Shown: one piece after another, positions 1 through 9,917 of the stretch
Position numbering within the stretch: the first letter of the stretch is position 1
How the letters are laid out: the number at the start of each line of letters is the position of its first letter
Assembly (NCBI GenBank): GCA_028718605.1
Contig: JAQULM010000003.1
Coordinates: 80,971-144,970 of the forward strand
Length of the DNA stretch: 64,000 bases
Direction of reading: 5' to 3'
Source: Patescibacteria group bacterium
GTDB lineage: Bacteria > Patescibacteriota > Patescibacteriia > UBA10025 > JAHIVO01
Translations under genes and position numbers: made by a program
The notes under the pieces: generated by a model
The model's input: only the letters and a program-made list of their open reading frames with translations
What the model was told of the DNA's origin: nothing
Database searches by the model: none

Positions 1-3000
1 ATTACAAACCACGTATCGATCTTGACCTGCTGCAGCAACATGCCGACGGTCTCATCGCGCTAACCGCCTGCCTTCAAGGTACGGTCGCCCAATCATTGAT
101 TGCCGGCGACGAACACCGCGCAGAAGCATTCGCGCTTCAGCTCCGTGATATTTTCGGCGAAGACAATTTTTTCCTCGAAGTGCAAGATCATCCTAGCATC
201 CCCCACCAAAACGAGGTAAACGATGCCTTGTTTGAGATGGGAAAAAAACTGAATATCCCGGTCGTTGCGACGAATGACGTACACTATCCCTCAAGTACGG
301 ATGATGAAATTCACGACATCCTGATCTGCCTTCAGACAAAAAAGAAAAAACAAGACACAGATCGAATGTCATACATGGGCGAAGATTTTTCTTTTAAAAG
401 CCCCGAAGTCATGCAGCGGGCGTTTCCAGAGCACCCCGAAGCGCTTGAAAACAGCGTACGAATCGCCAACCGATGCAACGTGCATCTTGAGCTTGGTAAA
501 ATCATGCTACCCTCATTCGATGTGCCGGGTGGCAAGCCAGCTGACGACTACCTGCGTAAATTATGCGTCGCAGGGCTCTCGTACCGATATCCGGGCCGTG
601 AGGACGATTCTCGCGTCCTCAAGCGTCTTGATTATGAGCTGTCAGTTATTAAAAAAACCGGATTCGCGACTTATTTCTTGATTGTGCAGGATTTCGTAAA
701 CTGGGCGAAACAACGCTCAATTGTCGTCGGGCCTGGCCGTGGATCGGCCGCGGGTAGCATTGTATCGTACCTAACCAACATTACCAATATTGACCCGCTG
801 AAATACGATCTCATCTTTGAACGCTTTCTCAATCCAGACCGTATTTCCATGCCAGATATTGACCTTGATTTCGCCGATACCAGACGCGATGAAGTTATCA
901 AGTACGTCGAGGAAAAATACGGGAAGGACCACGTTGCACAGATCATTACCTTCGGCACCATGGCGGCACGCGCCGCGGTACGTGATGCTGGGCGAGTCAT
1001 GGATCTCCCCTATTCATACTGCGACCGGGTCGCAAAACTTATTCCAATGTTCACAACGATTAAACAGGCGCTCTCGGTCAACCCCGAACTCCGCCAACTC
1101 TATGACGGCGAGCCAGATGGCAAACGGCTCCTCGATGCTGCAGGAAAACTTGAGGGTGTCGCCCGGCACGCCTCAACGCACGCCTGTGGCGTCGTCATCA
1201 CAAAAAATCCGCTCGATGAGTACGTGCCCCTCCAATACGCCACTCAGAGCGACGACCAAACAATTATTACACAGTACTCTCTCCACGCGGTGGAAGCGCT
1301 TGGGTTGCTGAAAATGGACTTTCTTGGCCTGAAAAACTTGACCATTCTCGAGGACGCTATCGACATCATCGAAAAGGCGCGCGGGAAAGCAATTCAAATC
1401 GACACCATCCCGCTCGATGACAAAAAAACGTACGCACTCCTGCAACGCGGCGCAACCACAGGTGTATTCCAGCTTGAATCATCAGGCATGAAACGCTACC
1501 TCAAACAGCTAAAACCGACGGAGTTTGAACATATCATCGCGATGGTCGCGCTCTACCGACCCGGCCCGATGGAGTATATCCCCGATTTTATCGACGGCCG
1601 CCATGGCCGCAAACAAGCAACCTACCTGCACCCCAAACTCAAGCCGATCCTTGAAAAAACATACGGCGTCGCGGTCTACCAGGAGCAGCTTATGCAGATA
1701 GCGCGAGACCTGGCTGGATTCAGCATGTCCGAAGCGGATACCCTACGAAAAGCGGTTGGGAAAAAAATTAAGGCGCTCCTGGATGAACAGCGGGACAAGC
1801 TGATCAGCGGGATGGTGCGGAATGACATCAAAAAAACGATTGCAGAAAAAATTTGGAAGCTCGTCGAACCATTCGCGCGGTATGGATTCGTACGCGCGCA
1901 TGCCGCCTGCTATGCGCTCATTGCCTACCAGACTGCGTACTTCAAGGCAAATTACCCTGACGAATTCATGGCTGCGCTTTTGACATCGGATTACGGAGAT
2001 ATCGACCGAATCGCCATAGAAGTCGAGGAGTGCGAACAAATGGGCATCAAGGTCCTGCCGCCGGACATTAACGAGAGTTACTCAACATTCACCGCAGTAT
2101 TTAATGCCGAATCAAAACTTCCCGAGAAAAAAATAAGGTTCGGGTTGCTCGCCATAAAAAACGTGGGTGAAAATATTGCCAAAACAATAATCCGCGAACG
2201 AAAGCGCGGCGGCCCGTATGAGAACCTCGAGGATTTTCTGCGCCGCGTGCAGACAAAGGACCTGAATAAAAAATCGTTAGAGAGCCTCGTAAAATCAGGC
2301 GCATTTGACCGTTTCAATGAACGGAATCAGTTGCTTGAAAATCTTGATGCGCTGCTGAACTACGCAAAAACTGCGGAACGCGAATCGATGAATGGCCAGA
2401 TTAACCTCTTTGGTACGCTTCCCGCGCAACATGCGCCGCGCCTCCACCTCCGCGATACTACCCCCGCGCCAAAACAGCAAAAACTCTCTTGGGAAAAAGA
2501 TCTGCTCGGCCTGTATATTTCCGAGCATCCCCTGCAGGAATACCGCCACCACCTGCGAAGCATTGCCACGCCGATTGCCGAACTGCCCGCACATATCAAT
2601 GGCCACACAGAGGCCTCAGTTGGTGGTATCATTACCAATATCCAGAAGGTTATCACAAAAAGCAACCAGCCAATGCTCTTCGTAAAACTTGAGGATATGA
2701 CGGGGCGCATCGAAGTGCTCGTCTTCCCCTCAACGCTCCAAGAAAACCCTGGTTTATGGCAGGAGGAATCAATCGTGCTTGTCAGGGGCCGCGTTTCTGA
2801 CAAGGAAGGTACCCTGAAAATCCTTTGCGGCGAAGCGCGAGCAATTGAAATCAAAACCTTACAAACGGCCCAAGACTCAAATGCAATTGACGCAACCGGT
2901 AATGTGTACCTGGCGATACCACCGCGAACTGGCCAGCAAACGTTTGAAAAGCTTAAAGCTGCTTTCCTCAAAAACCCCGGGTCATACCGCGTCCATCTAA

Positions 3001-3119
3001 AAATCCAATCAACCCAACAAACAAAAATTTTAGCGACACAATACATGATTCGGGAAGAATGCTTCGTCAGTATCCGCGCACTTATCGGGGACGACACAAT
3101 TACGATTCAAAATAATTAG
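1..3119 (+). CDS. dnaE: DNA polymerase III alpha subunit (5'-truncated by window edge)
   Basis: PHP remnant (VVATNDVHY), GPGRGSAAGS, SMPDIDLDF, GLLKMDFLGL, C-terminal OB fold; frame open upstream of ORF call 96. Confidence 0.97.
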   Translation, partial: YKPRIDLDLLQQHADGLIALTACLQGTVAQSLIAGDEHRAEAFALQLRDIFGEDNFFLEVQDHPSIPHQNEVNDALFEMGKKLNIPVVATNDVHYPSSTDDEIHDILICLQTKKKKQDTDRMSYMGEDFSFKSPEVMQRAFPEHPEALENSVRIANRCNVHLELGKIMLPSFDVPGGKPADDYLRKLCVAGLSYRYPGREDDSRVLKRLDYELSVIKKTGFATYFLIVQDFVNWAKQRSIVVGPGRGSAAGSIVSYLTNITNIDPLKYDLIFERFLNPDRISMPDIDLDFADTRRDEVIKYVEEKYGKDHVAQIITFGTMAARAAVRDAGRVMDLPYSYCDRVAKLIPMFTTIKQALSVNPELRQLYDGEPDGKRLLDAAGKLEGVARHASTHACGVVITKNPLDEYVPLQYATQSDDQTIITQYSLHAVEALGLLKMDFLGLKNLTILEDAIDIIEKARGKAIQIDTIPLDDKKTYALLQRGATTGVFQLESSGMKRYLKQLKPTEFEHIIAMVALYRPGPMEYIPDFIDGRHGRKQATYLHPKLKPILEKTYGVAVYQEQLMQIARDLAGFSMSEADTLRKAVGKKIKALLDEQRDKLISGMVRNDIKKTIAEKIWKLVEPFARYGFVRAHAACYALIAYQTAYFKANYPDEFMAALLTSDYGDIDRIAIEVEECEQMGIKVLPPDINESYSTFTAVFNAESKLPEKKIRFGLLAIKNVGENIAKTIIRERKRGGPYENLEDFLRRVQTKDLNKKSLESLVKSGAFDRFNERNQLLENLDALLNYAKTAERESMNGQINLFGTLPAQHAPRLHLRDTTPAPKQQKLSWEKDLLGLYISEHPLQEYRHHLRSIATPIAELPAHINGHTEASVGGIITNIQKVITKSNQPMLFVKLEDMTGRIEVLVFPSTLQENPGLWQEESIVLVRGRVSDKEGTLKILCGEARAIEIKTLQTAQDSNAIDATGNVYLAIPPRTGQQTFEKLKAAFLKNPGSYRVHLKIQSTQQTKILATQYMIREECFVSIRALIGDDTITIQNN

Positions 3120-3129
3120 CAACACGACC

Positions 3130-4296
3130 ATGGAACAGATTTCGCACATTCGCACAACGCGCTTCTATAAAAAAACTGCGATTCTCTTCTGTGCCTTTGC
3201 CGTACTCCTGCTCGTCGCAATACTTTATTATTCACTGAATAAAACAACGATCGCGGTAACGATCGGCGCACAAACACGTACTGTTGATTTTGAAGTCTAC
3301 GCCGACCCAACTGACGAGGCGGCAGCAGGAACCATGGAAGATACAATATTCGGCATCGCGGCAACGACGGCGGCAGACGCTTCGGAAACATATGACAATA
3401 CAAATGAAGGCGGTACCGTCGATAGCATTGCCACCGGCACCGTGACGATCCGCAATACCTGGTCTCAGCCGCAGCCACTCTCAGCAACGACGCGCCTCCT
3501 GACGCCCGAGGGTGTATTATTTCGCATAAAAAACCGCGTGGACGTTCCGGCAAACGGCTCACTGGAAAACGTCGAGGTATACGCTGATGTGCCGGGAGAT
3601 TCCGGTAATATCGGCCCAAAAACATTCACGATCCCCGGACTGTCGAAAGAGCTCCAGCAGAAAATTACTGCCGAAAGCACCACCGCGATGACCGGCGGGA
3701 CACGGACGGCTCGCGTGTTAACCCAAGATCTCGTTGACAACGCAAAAGAAAAACTTGAGCAGCAACTGCTTACCCAAATACAAACGACGGCGGAACTCCC
3801 GTCCGACATTCAAGCACCGAACAGCATCCATCTCGGGAAAGCAGTCCTCGTCGAAACAACGGATACGAAAATAAGCCCGGCTGTTGGTGAGGTATGCGAT
3901 ACGTTCACGCTCACGATGAGTGCGAATGCCACTGTCATTTTTATTGATGACAATTCCCTGCTGTCGAAAGCACTCACGTCGCTCACCGACTCGCTCGCTG
4001 ATGGCGAAATAATCAGTGCGTATAAGAGCACTGATTTAACCTATACCGCGGAAACCTACTCAACCGACACCAAGCAGGCAAAACTGAACGTCTCGCTCTC
4101 GGTAACGGCAATTCCGGGCAGTGAACATCCTCTGTACAACAAAGAGGCGCTCGCTGGGAAGGATTCCATGGAGATTGAGTCATATTTCCGTTCATACGAT
4201 TTCGTACGCAATGTTTCGGTGAATTTTTCGCCGTTCTGGGTGCACACAGCACCCTCGGTCCAGAGCCAGATCGAAATCAAGGTTACTATGGAGTAA
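3130..4296 (+). CDS. Membrane-anchored hypothetical protein (baseplate J-like family seen in CPR)
   Basis: N-terminal TM helix; ATGTVTIRN, VEVYAD.PG..GNI and MTGG motifs; FSPFW near C-terminus. Confidence 0.6.
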   Translation: MEQISHIRTTRFYKKTAILFCAFAVLLLVAILYYSLNKTTIAVTIGAQTRTVDFEVYADPTDEAAAGTMEDTIFGIAATTAADASETYDNTNEGGTVDSIATGTVTIRNTWSQPQPLSATTRLLTPEGVLFRIKNRVDVPANGSLENVEVYADVPGDSGNIGPKTFTIPGLSKELQQKITAESTTAMTGGTRTARVLTQDLVDNAKEKLEQQLLTQIQTTAELPSDIQAPNSIHLGKAVLVETTDTKISPAVGEVCDTFTLTMSANATVIFIDDNSLLSKALTSLTDSLADGEIISAYKSTDLTYTAETYSTDTKQAKLNVSLSVTAIPGSEHPLYNKEALAGKDSMEIESYFRSYDFVRNVSVNFSPFWVHTAPSVQSQIEIKVTME

Positions 4297-4305
4297 TCGC
4301 AATTC

Positions 4306-4334
4306 TTGACAAAGGCTTAGTACTCGTATACTGT
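4306..4334 (+). promoter_or_regulatory. sigma70 promoter of thrS leader
   Basis: TTGACA 4306-4311; TATACT 4327-4332 (15 bp spacer) or TACTGT 4329-4334 (17 bp). Confidence 0.6.
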
Positions 4335-4340
4335 TACTGT

Positions 4341-4532
4341 GCTGATCGCGGCGATTGGGGCGCCTACCACGCGCCCTGGCAACATGTTGCCAGCACTGGC
4401 ATACCAAGTGCCCAAGCACGCGATGCAAACATGAATGAAGCGTCTCCGCCAAAAGGACAGGAGAAAGTTGGGTGGAACCGCCCTGGAAGTTACAGGGTCC
4501 CAAAAATGAAATATTTTTGGGAATTTTTATTT
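4341..4532 (+). promoter_or_regulatory. T-box riboswitch (transcriptional) upstream of thrS
   Basis: T-box motif AAGTTGGG-TGGAACC-GCCCTG (4465-4486) with antiterminator partner CAGGGTCCCAA; overlapping terminator TCCCAAAAAT/ATTTTTGGGA plus T-rich tail; stem III TCTCC/GGAGA; directly precedes an aminoacyl-tRNA synthetase. Confidence 0.85.
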
Positions 4533-4550
4533 ACTAACCACTTCAACGCT

Positions 4551-6284
4551 ATGGAAAACCAATTGGAAAAAATCCGCCATTCTCTTTCCCACCTGCTCGC
4601 ACACGCGGTCCAGGACATGTTCGCTGACGTGAAATTCGGCATTGGCCCGACGATCGAAAACGGCTTTTACTATGATTTTGAGTTGCCGCGCCCCCTCACG
4701 CCGCAGGATCTCCCGAAAATCGAGAAGCGTATGAAAAACCTGATCCGACAGAACATTCAATTCGAAAAAAAGGAACTCTCACCTGATCAGGCGCACCAAC
4801 AATCAAAGGGCCAGCCATATAAGCTCGAGCTTATCGACGAACTGGCACGCGAAAAAAAAGCAATCAGCTATTATATATCGGGCAAATTCACAGACCTTTG
4901 CGCGGGACCACATATCACGACCTCGAAGGAGATTCCCATAGACGCATTCAAACTCACGAGGATTGCCGGGGCGTACTGGCGCGGCGACGAAAAGAATAAG
5001 ATGCTCCAGCGTATTTATGGCGTCGCATTTCTTACAAAAGCTGACCTCGATGCCTACCTCAAACGCCAAGCAGAAGCGGAAAAACGAGACCATAGGCGGA
5101 TCGGGAACGAACTTGCGCTCTTCACCTTTTCGGAGCTCGTTGGCCCGGGCTTGCCCATGTATCTGCCCAATGGCACGATCCTCATGCGCCAAATCGGCAC
5201 GTACCTCGAATCCTTGAAAACAGCCCAAGGCTACGAGCCGGTCGACATCCCCCACCTCGCAAAGAACGAATTGTACAAAACATCCGGCCACTGGGACAAA
5301 TTCAAGGACGACATTTTCCATGTCAAAGGTAAGGTCGACGAATTCGTCCTCAAGCCGATGAACTGCCCGCACCACGCGACGATGTACGCTTCAATGCCGC
5401 GGAGCTACCGCGACCTGCCGGTTCGGTATGCGGAGATGACCAAAATGTACCGGGATGAGCAAACCGGCGAATTACACGGCTTATCGCGCGTTCGGTCCAT
5501 CACGATCGATGATACCCACATCTTCTGCCGCCCCGACCAGATCCTCGAAGAATGCGGCCGCGCGTATACAATTATCAAGGAATTCTACCGTACGTTCAAT
5601 TTCCCGCTCAAGGTCGAGCTGTCAATCCGTGACCCCAAACACCCGGAAAAATATCTTGGTGATGATGCGATCTGGAAAAAAGCGGAAGATACGTTAGCGC
5701 ACTTATTAAAAACGCTCAAACTCAATTACACACTCCATGAAGGCGAAGCCGCGTTCTACGGCCCGAAAATCGATTTCAAGGCCCAGGATTCTCTTGGCCG
5801 CACCTGGCAGCTGTCGACAATCCAGCTTGACTTCAACCTGCCAGAACGTTTCCAGCTCGAATATACGGACGAAGCCGGCAAAAAAACACGGCCGGTCATG
5901 GTCCATATCGCCGTCGCTGGCTCGATGGAACGGTTCCTCTCGATCATCATCGAGCACTATGCCGGTGCGTTCCCAACATGGCTCGCGCCAGTCCAGGTCG
6001 CAATTATTACAGTTGGCAAAGCACATGGCACTCCTGCGCGAAAACTCCACGCCAAGCTCAAAGCAGCCGGCATACGCACTGCACTGTATGCGGACAATGA
6101 AACAGTCGGCTATAAAATCCGCACTGCCGAGAAATTGCGCATCCCCTATACGCTCGTGATTGGCGATAAAGAGGTGAAGAGCAGCAGACTGCACGTCCGT
6201 ATCCGTGGAAAAAAACAGCTCGCCGTCATGGCGACCCAGAAATTCATCACCCGCATCACCAAGGAAATTCAGGCAAGGAAATAA
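4551..6284 (+). CDS. thrS: Threonyl-tRNA synthetase
   Basis: RHSLSHLLA, DLCAGPH, KPMNCPHH, AAFYGPKID, anticodon domain; ATG at 4551 after the T-box. Confidence 0.97.
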   Translation: MENQLEKIRHSLSHLLAHAVQDMFADVKFGIGPTIENGFYYDFELPRPLTPQDLPKIEKRMKNLIRQNIQFEKKELSPDQAHQQSKGQPYKLELIDELAREKKAISYYISGKFTDLCAGPHITTSKEIPIDAFKLTRIAGAYWRGDEKNKMLQRIYGVAFLTKADLDAYLKRQAEAEKRDHRRIGNELALFTFSELVGPGLPMYLPNGTILMRQIGTYLESLKTAQGYEPVDIPHLAKNELYKTSGHWDKFKDDIFHVKGKVDEFVLKPMNCPHHATMYASMPRSYRDLPVRYAEMTKMYRDEQTGELHGLSRVRSITIDDTHIFCRPDQILEECGRAYTIIKEFYRTFNFPLKVELSIRDPKHPEKYLGDDAIWKKAEDTLAHLLKTLKLNYTLHEGEAAFYGPKIDFKAQDSLGRTWQLSTIQLDFNLPERFQLEYTDEAGKKTRPVMVHIAVAGSMERFLSIIIEHYAGAFPTWLAPVQVAIITVGKAHGTPARKLHAKLKAAGIRTALYADNETVGYKIRTAEKLRIPYTLVIGDKEVKSSRLHVRIRGKKQLAVMATQKFITRITKEIQARK

Positions 6285-6309
6285 CTACCACTGAAAGCAC
6301 TTGAAGGAT

Positions 6310-6335
6310 AAAGGCCGGGACCTACCGGCCTTTTT
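6310..6335 (+). terminator. Intrinsic terminator after thrS
   Basis: AAAGGCCGG/CCGGCCTTT hairpin followed by T-run. Confidence 0.8.
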
Positions 6336-6344
6336 GGGATATAC

Positions 6345-6792
6345 AAAAAGGGGTGGGGGGTCGGAAAACGATGAACAGATGCTCATGTTTCCTTATTGAC
6401 CCCCACACCCCACTGCAGTCCTTTCGGTGAATCCGGCTTACCATATGGTTGCCGGGAAATGCTCCTTGCACAGGCCAAGGAGAACTTTCAGAAGGAGGCG
6501 TTCGCCTCAGGTGGATCTCCGTTTCCGGAAGTGATACACGAGCCCCACAGGTGGGGCTATTCTCTACCGTAAGAAAGGGCCCGAAGGCCGTTTTGCGCAC
6601 ATGGCGCGATACGAATAGGAATTGCGCAGCGCGAGCTAGTACTGCGCGGTTACTTCTGAAAGCTTGTGAAAGGACCACATAGGCCCGCTAATCCTGACGG
6701 AATTACTCAGGTAGAATGGCCCACGAAGTGAGCACAGTCCCAGTGAATGGGATGATCTCGCCTTCAGAGGGCGAGTCAATCCACTCGTCAGG
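6345..6792 (-). ncRNA. Putative large structured ncRNA of unknown class (about 450 nt)
   Basis: Minus-strand promoter TTGATT-17-TATACT (6827-6799); UUCG and GAAA loops on minus strand; nested long-range helices; terminal GC-rich hairpin plus U5; no credible ORF. Confidence 0.7.
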
Positions 6793-6893
6793 ACTGTGAG
6801 TATAGAGCAAGATGCCTCCCCAATCAAGGGTCCGCTTGTGGATAACTAAAAAACATCAAACACACCCGAGGGGCGCGATTGGATGGTACGGTG

Positions 6894-7064
6894 TTATTGC
6901 GAAATTGAAATCGCAAAATACGCGCCAGCAACCGCTGCGCCGATAACAATCGCCGTGAGCAGCACCTTGGTGCCGACGCTGATCTTTTTCGCCGTTTCAA
7001 CCGCAACTTGCCGGCGTTCATCCTCGTCTACTTCTTTCTCAATTTCTTCCATCGATAATACCAT
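6894..7064 (-). CDS. Small single-TM membrane protein
   Basis: MVLSMEEIEKE... acidic N-terminus, hydrophobic C-terminal helix. Confidence 0.55.
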   Translation of the reverse strand: MVLSMEEIEKEVDEDERRQVAVETAKKISVGTKVLLTAIVIGAAVAGAYFAISISQ

Positions 7065-7148
7065 AAGCTTTGCGTAACTCGTTACCATCCCAGTATACCA
7101 TACCATGCCTTGCCGTAAAATCGCACTCGAGTGTACAATAACCCTACT

Positions 7149-8531
7149 ATGAAATACGGCCTGTTTACAATCGGATGCCAAATGAACCAGTCGGACGGCG
7201 AGCGTATTGCCGGCCTGCTGGAATCACACGGTTGCAGCCGGATCTCCGATGAAGCTGCGGCAGACGTTATCATCGTCATTTCGTGCTCAGTGCGCCAAAA
7301 AGCGATGGACCGCATTTTCGGCAAACTGAACGCGTGGGACAAGGCACGTAAAAAACGCGGGCTCCGCCTCGTCCTCACCGGTTGCGTGCTCCCCGCCGAC
7401 CGCAAGCGCCTCGCAAACCGGTTTGACCATATACTTTCCGTCCGCGATGTCAAAAAGTTGCCGGCGTTATTGGGGCTCGCACGCCAACAAACAGCCACGC
7501 GTGCCATAACAAACGCTGACTACCTAGAACTCCCCTCTCTCCATGAATCGCCGTTTCAGGCATTTGTGCCCATTATGACGGGGTGCAACAACTACTGCAC
7601 ATACTGCGCTGTCCCGTATACGCGGGGTGAGGAAGCATCCCGGCCGTCGTCCGAAATAATCAGCGAGGTCAAACAATTGATTCACGGCGGATATAAGGAA
7701 ATAACGCTGCTTGGGCAGAACGTCAACGCATATATTGACCCCGAAACTGCGCAGAGCGCTGAAATTCTCCAGTCGCGGGCGCGGTCGACTTGGCAATTTA
7801 AAAAAAACCAGCCGCTGCAGTGGCGAACCGCAACAACGAATGTGCCGAAAGATTTCGCAGTACTTCTACAACGAATAAACGGCTTGCCCGGCGACTTCTG
7901 GATTCGGTTTCTCACCTCAAACCCCCAGGACGTATCAGACGAGCTCCTGGCAACGCTCCCCCGGTGCCAAAAAATAACGCGGTATTTTCATCTGCCGTTC
8001 CAGGCTGGCGATGATGAAATCTTACGACGCATGAACAGGCGCCACGCCCGCACATACTATTTAGATTTGATTAATAAAATACGTTCGTCATGGCCCGGAG
8101 TTACGATCTCAACCGATGTAATCGTTGGATTCCCTGGCGAAACAGCGGCACAGTTCAAAAAAACTGTCGACGTGATGGAAACCGTCGGATTTGATATGGC
8201 ATATATCGCTGAGTACTCACCGCGGCCTGGAACTGCATCCGCCCGCTTTTTTAAAGACGATGTACCGAAAAAAGAAAAAACGAGGCGCAAAACTATACTT
8301 AACGAAGTATTAAAAAAAACCGCACTCGAGCGCAATCAGCAGCTTGTCGGAACGGCGACCCGTGTCCTCGTCGAACGTTATAACAAACGCACGGGCGAAA
8401 ATGCAGGAAAAACAGAAACGTTTAAAACGATCCATTTCCCTGGGATAGCAATGATTGGGCAATTCGCTGACGTGGAAATAACTGAAGCGACTGCCTGGGG
8501 CTTACGCGGTATCCAAGGTAAAATAAAATGA
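7149..8531 (+). CDS. miaB: tRNA-2-methylthio-N6-dimethylallyladenosine synthase
   Basis: GCQMN UPF0004 motif, radical SAM CNNYCTYC, C-terminal TRAM domain; miaA nearby. Confidence 0.93.
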   Translation: MKYGLFTIGCQMNQSDGERIAGLLESHGCSRISDEAAADVIIVISCSVRQKAMDRIFGKLNAWDKARKKRGLRLVLTGCVLPADRKRLANRFDHILSVRDVKKLPALLGLARQQTATRAITNADYLELPSLHESPFQAFVPIMTGCNNYCTYCAVPYTRGEEASRPSSEIISEVKQLIHGGYKEITLLGQNVNAYIDPETAQSAEILQSRARSTWQFKKNQPLQWRTATTNVPKDFAVLLQRINGLPGDFWIRFLTSNPQDVSDELLATLPRCQKITRYFHLPFQAGDDEILRRMNRRHARTYYLDLINKIRSSWPGVTISTDVIVGFPGETAAQFKKTVDVMETVGFDMAYIAEYSPRPGTASARFFKDDVPKKEKTRRKTILNEVLKKTALERNQQLVGTATRVLVERYNKRTGENAGKTETFKTIHFPGIAMIGQFADVEITEATAWGLRGIQGKIK

Positions 8532-8568
8532 GCTGTGGACGGTGTTCTGGTAAACACGCATACACAGC

Positions 8569-9108
8569 TCATGAACGCAATTCTTCCTGGTTCTTTTTGC
8601 TAGTTCCGTTTCGGGACCGCCATTCCCATATCCGGAAGAGTAGGAACGGTATCATGAAGGCAAAAATGTACTTGCCCAATAGCGGATAGAACAGGATGCG
8701 CACAGCACTCCCTGAACCGAGCGCAATAAACCCCCGAAACAGGCTCAGTTCATGCCGTCGCGCGTGCAACGTAATGATCCCGAACTTTTTTGCCATTGGT
8801 TCGAACGCGGTGAAGAACAGGTCGATATACGACAGTCCAGCTCCGCGTCCAATCTTCTGGAGCAATTTCGGGGTGTGGATGGTCCGCATGAAGCGGAATT
8901 TGCTCCACCCAAGATGCAGCAAGGTGTACTCGATGATGCTTTGCGCTGAGTCCGCAACAATCAGGATAACGTATGCGTACTTGAACGGCACGCCCAGATC
9001 ATGCAACAAAGCTGCAAGCCGCTCCACAAAGAACATAATCCAGGAAACAAACGGTATATCAAGGAACCAGTCAATTGCGCTCCCAATAAAACCCAGAATG
9101 TCCGACAT
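8569..9108 (-). CDS. Orphan multi-TM membrane protein (solo unit)
   Basis: AAGGAGG SD; promoter TTGACA-17-TACGAT (9199-9171); hydrophobic segments. Confidence 0.7.
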   Translation of the reverse strand: MSDILGFIGSAIDWFLDIPFVSWIMFFVERLAALLHDLGVPFKYAYVILIVADSAQSIIEYTLLHLGWSKFRFMRTIHTPKLLQKIGRGAGLSYIDLFFTAFEPMAKKFGIITLHARRHELSLFRGFIALGSGSAVRILFYPLLGKYIFAFMIPFLLFRIWEWRSRNGTSKKNQEELRS

Positions 9109-9313
9109 TCTGTGCCTCCTTGAGGAGCTAAAGGTTGACAACGAACAACGAAATACTGCAAGAACATACAATCGTACACTCTTTCTGCGGTTTTGTCAAT
9201 GCTCAACACCGCGATTCACCACTACGAAAAACCGCCGTCTGAATAAATCCAGCAGGCGGTCTCTCACGATACACGATGGCATCCAAGAATCGTCATGCGG
9301 CCTACTCCTCTGG

Positions 9314-9745
9314 CTAGCAATTAAGTATTCCCTGCAATTCCAGGACAAACCTTTCATGCGCAAGAGGATACGGAACAATGATGCAGTAGCGGTCTTGGAG
9401 CGCGCTGCTTGGTGCATGCCGCGCCCGGCGGATCAAGGCGAACTCATCGAGATTGACGCTGATTGCGCCGGGATGCCGGTCAACGCACGACCGTACGGAA
9501 TCCTCATGGGCTGTCACGAGAATCACGAGCGGCTGTTTTGGCAGCGCTTCCACCGCCTCGACAAACGGTCTCCGATCCATGCCACACATATCAAAGTCTA
9601 CGATAACTGCATCCGGCTCAAAGCCCCTGCACGCATCGAGGCCTGTCGCTGAGCCCACTGCTTCATGCACGTCGAAACCGCCCGTCCGAAGTGCCGTGAC
9701 TAAGCTCGAAAGCGAGTCACCGTGTAGTACAAAAACCCGTGCCAT
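9314..9745 (-). CDS. Single-domain response-regulator receiver-like protein (solo unit)
   Basis: PDAVIVDFDMCGMD and VILVTA receiver motifs; AAGGAGG SD; promoter TTGACC-17-TAGGTT (9826-9798). Confidence 0.75.
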   Translation of the reverse strand: MARVFVLHGDSLSSLVTALRTGGFDVHEAVGSATGLDACRGFEPDAVIVDFDMCGMDRRPFVEAVEALPKQPLVILVTAHEDSVRSCVDRHPGAISVNLDEFALIRRARHAPSSALQDRYCIIVPYPLAHERFVLELQGILNC

Positions 9746-9917
9746 ACAAATCCTCCTTCCTATGGACTCGGGGGTTTTTAGTGTACAATGTTAATTGAAC
9801 CTACCATAAAAAAGTACCTCGGTCAATAGAATCGTGATTGTGGGGAGCTTTTGTGCAATGATAAACCGCCGCGTGTATCGCACAACGCGGCGGCCGTATT
9901 GGATTTTCGCTATCCTC

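Noticed and set aside
96-3119. Intein or intron in dnaE (also considered for gyrB and the helicase)
   Set aside because: Lengths are normal and no splicing motifs or large insertions were seen
3130-4296. Prophage or contractile system suggested by a baseplate J-like gene
   Set aside because: No other phage structural genes nearby; the protein has a TM anchor and sits among core genes
4431-4550. N-terminal extension of ThrS in the ORF track
   Set aside because: Overlaps the T-box antiterminator and terminator; homology begins at ATG 4551
6429-6440. GAATCCGGCTTA resembles the RNase P RNA 3' conserved region
   Set aside because: No GAGGAAAGTCC partner on either strand, and promoter, tetraloops and terminator point to the opposite strand
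6837-6845. DnaA box suggesting oriC
   Set aside because: Single perfect box; other near matches (about 46230, 46928) are scattered, with no cluster or dnaA gene
8696-9652. 318-aa plus-strand ORF
   Set aside because: Shadow of two minus-strand genes that have SD and promoters; no recognisable motifs
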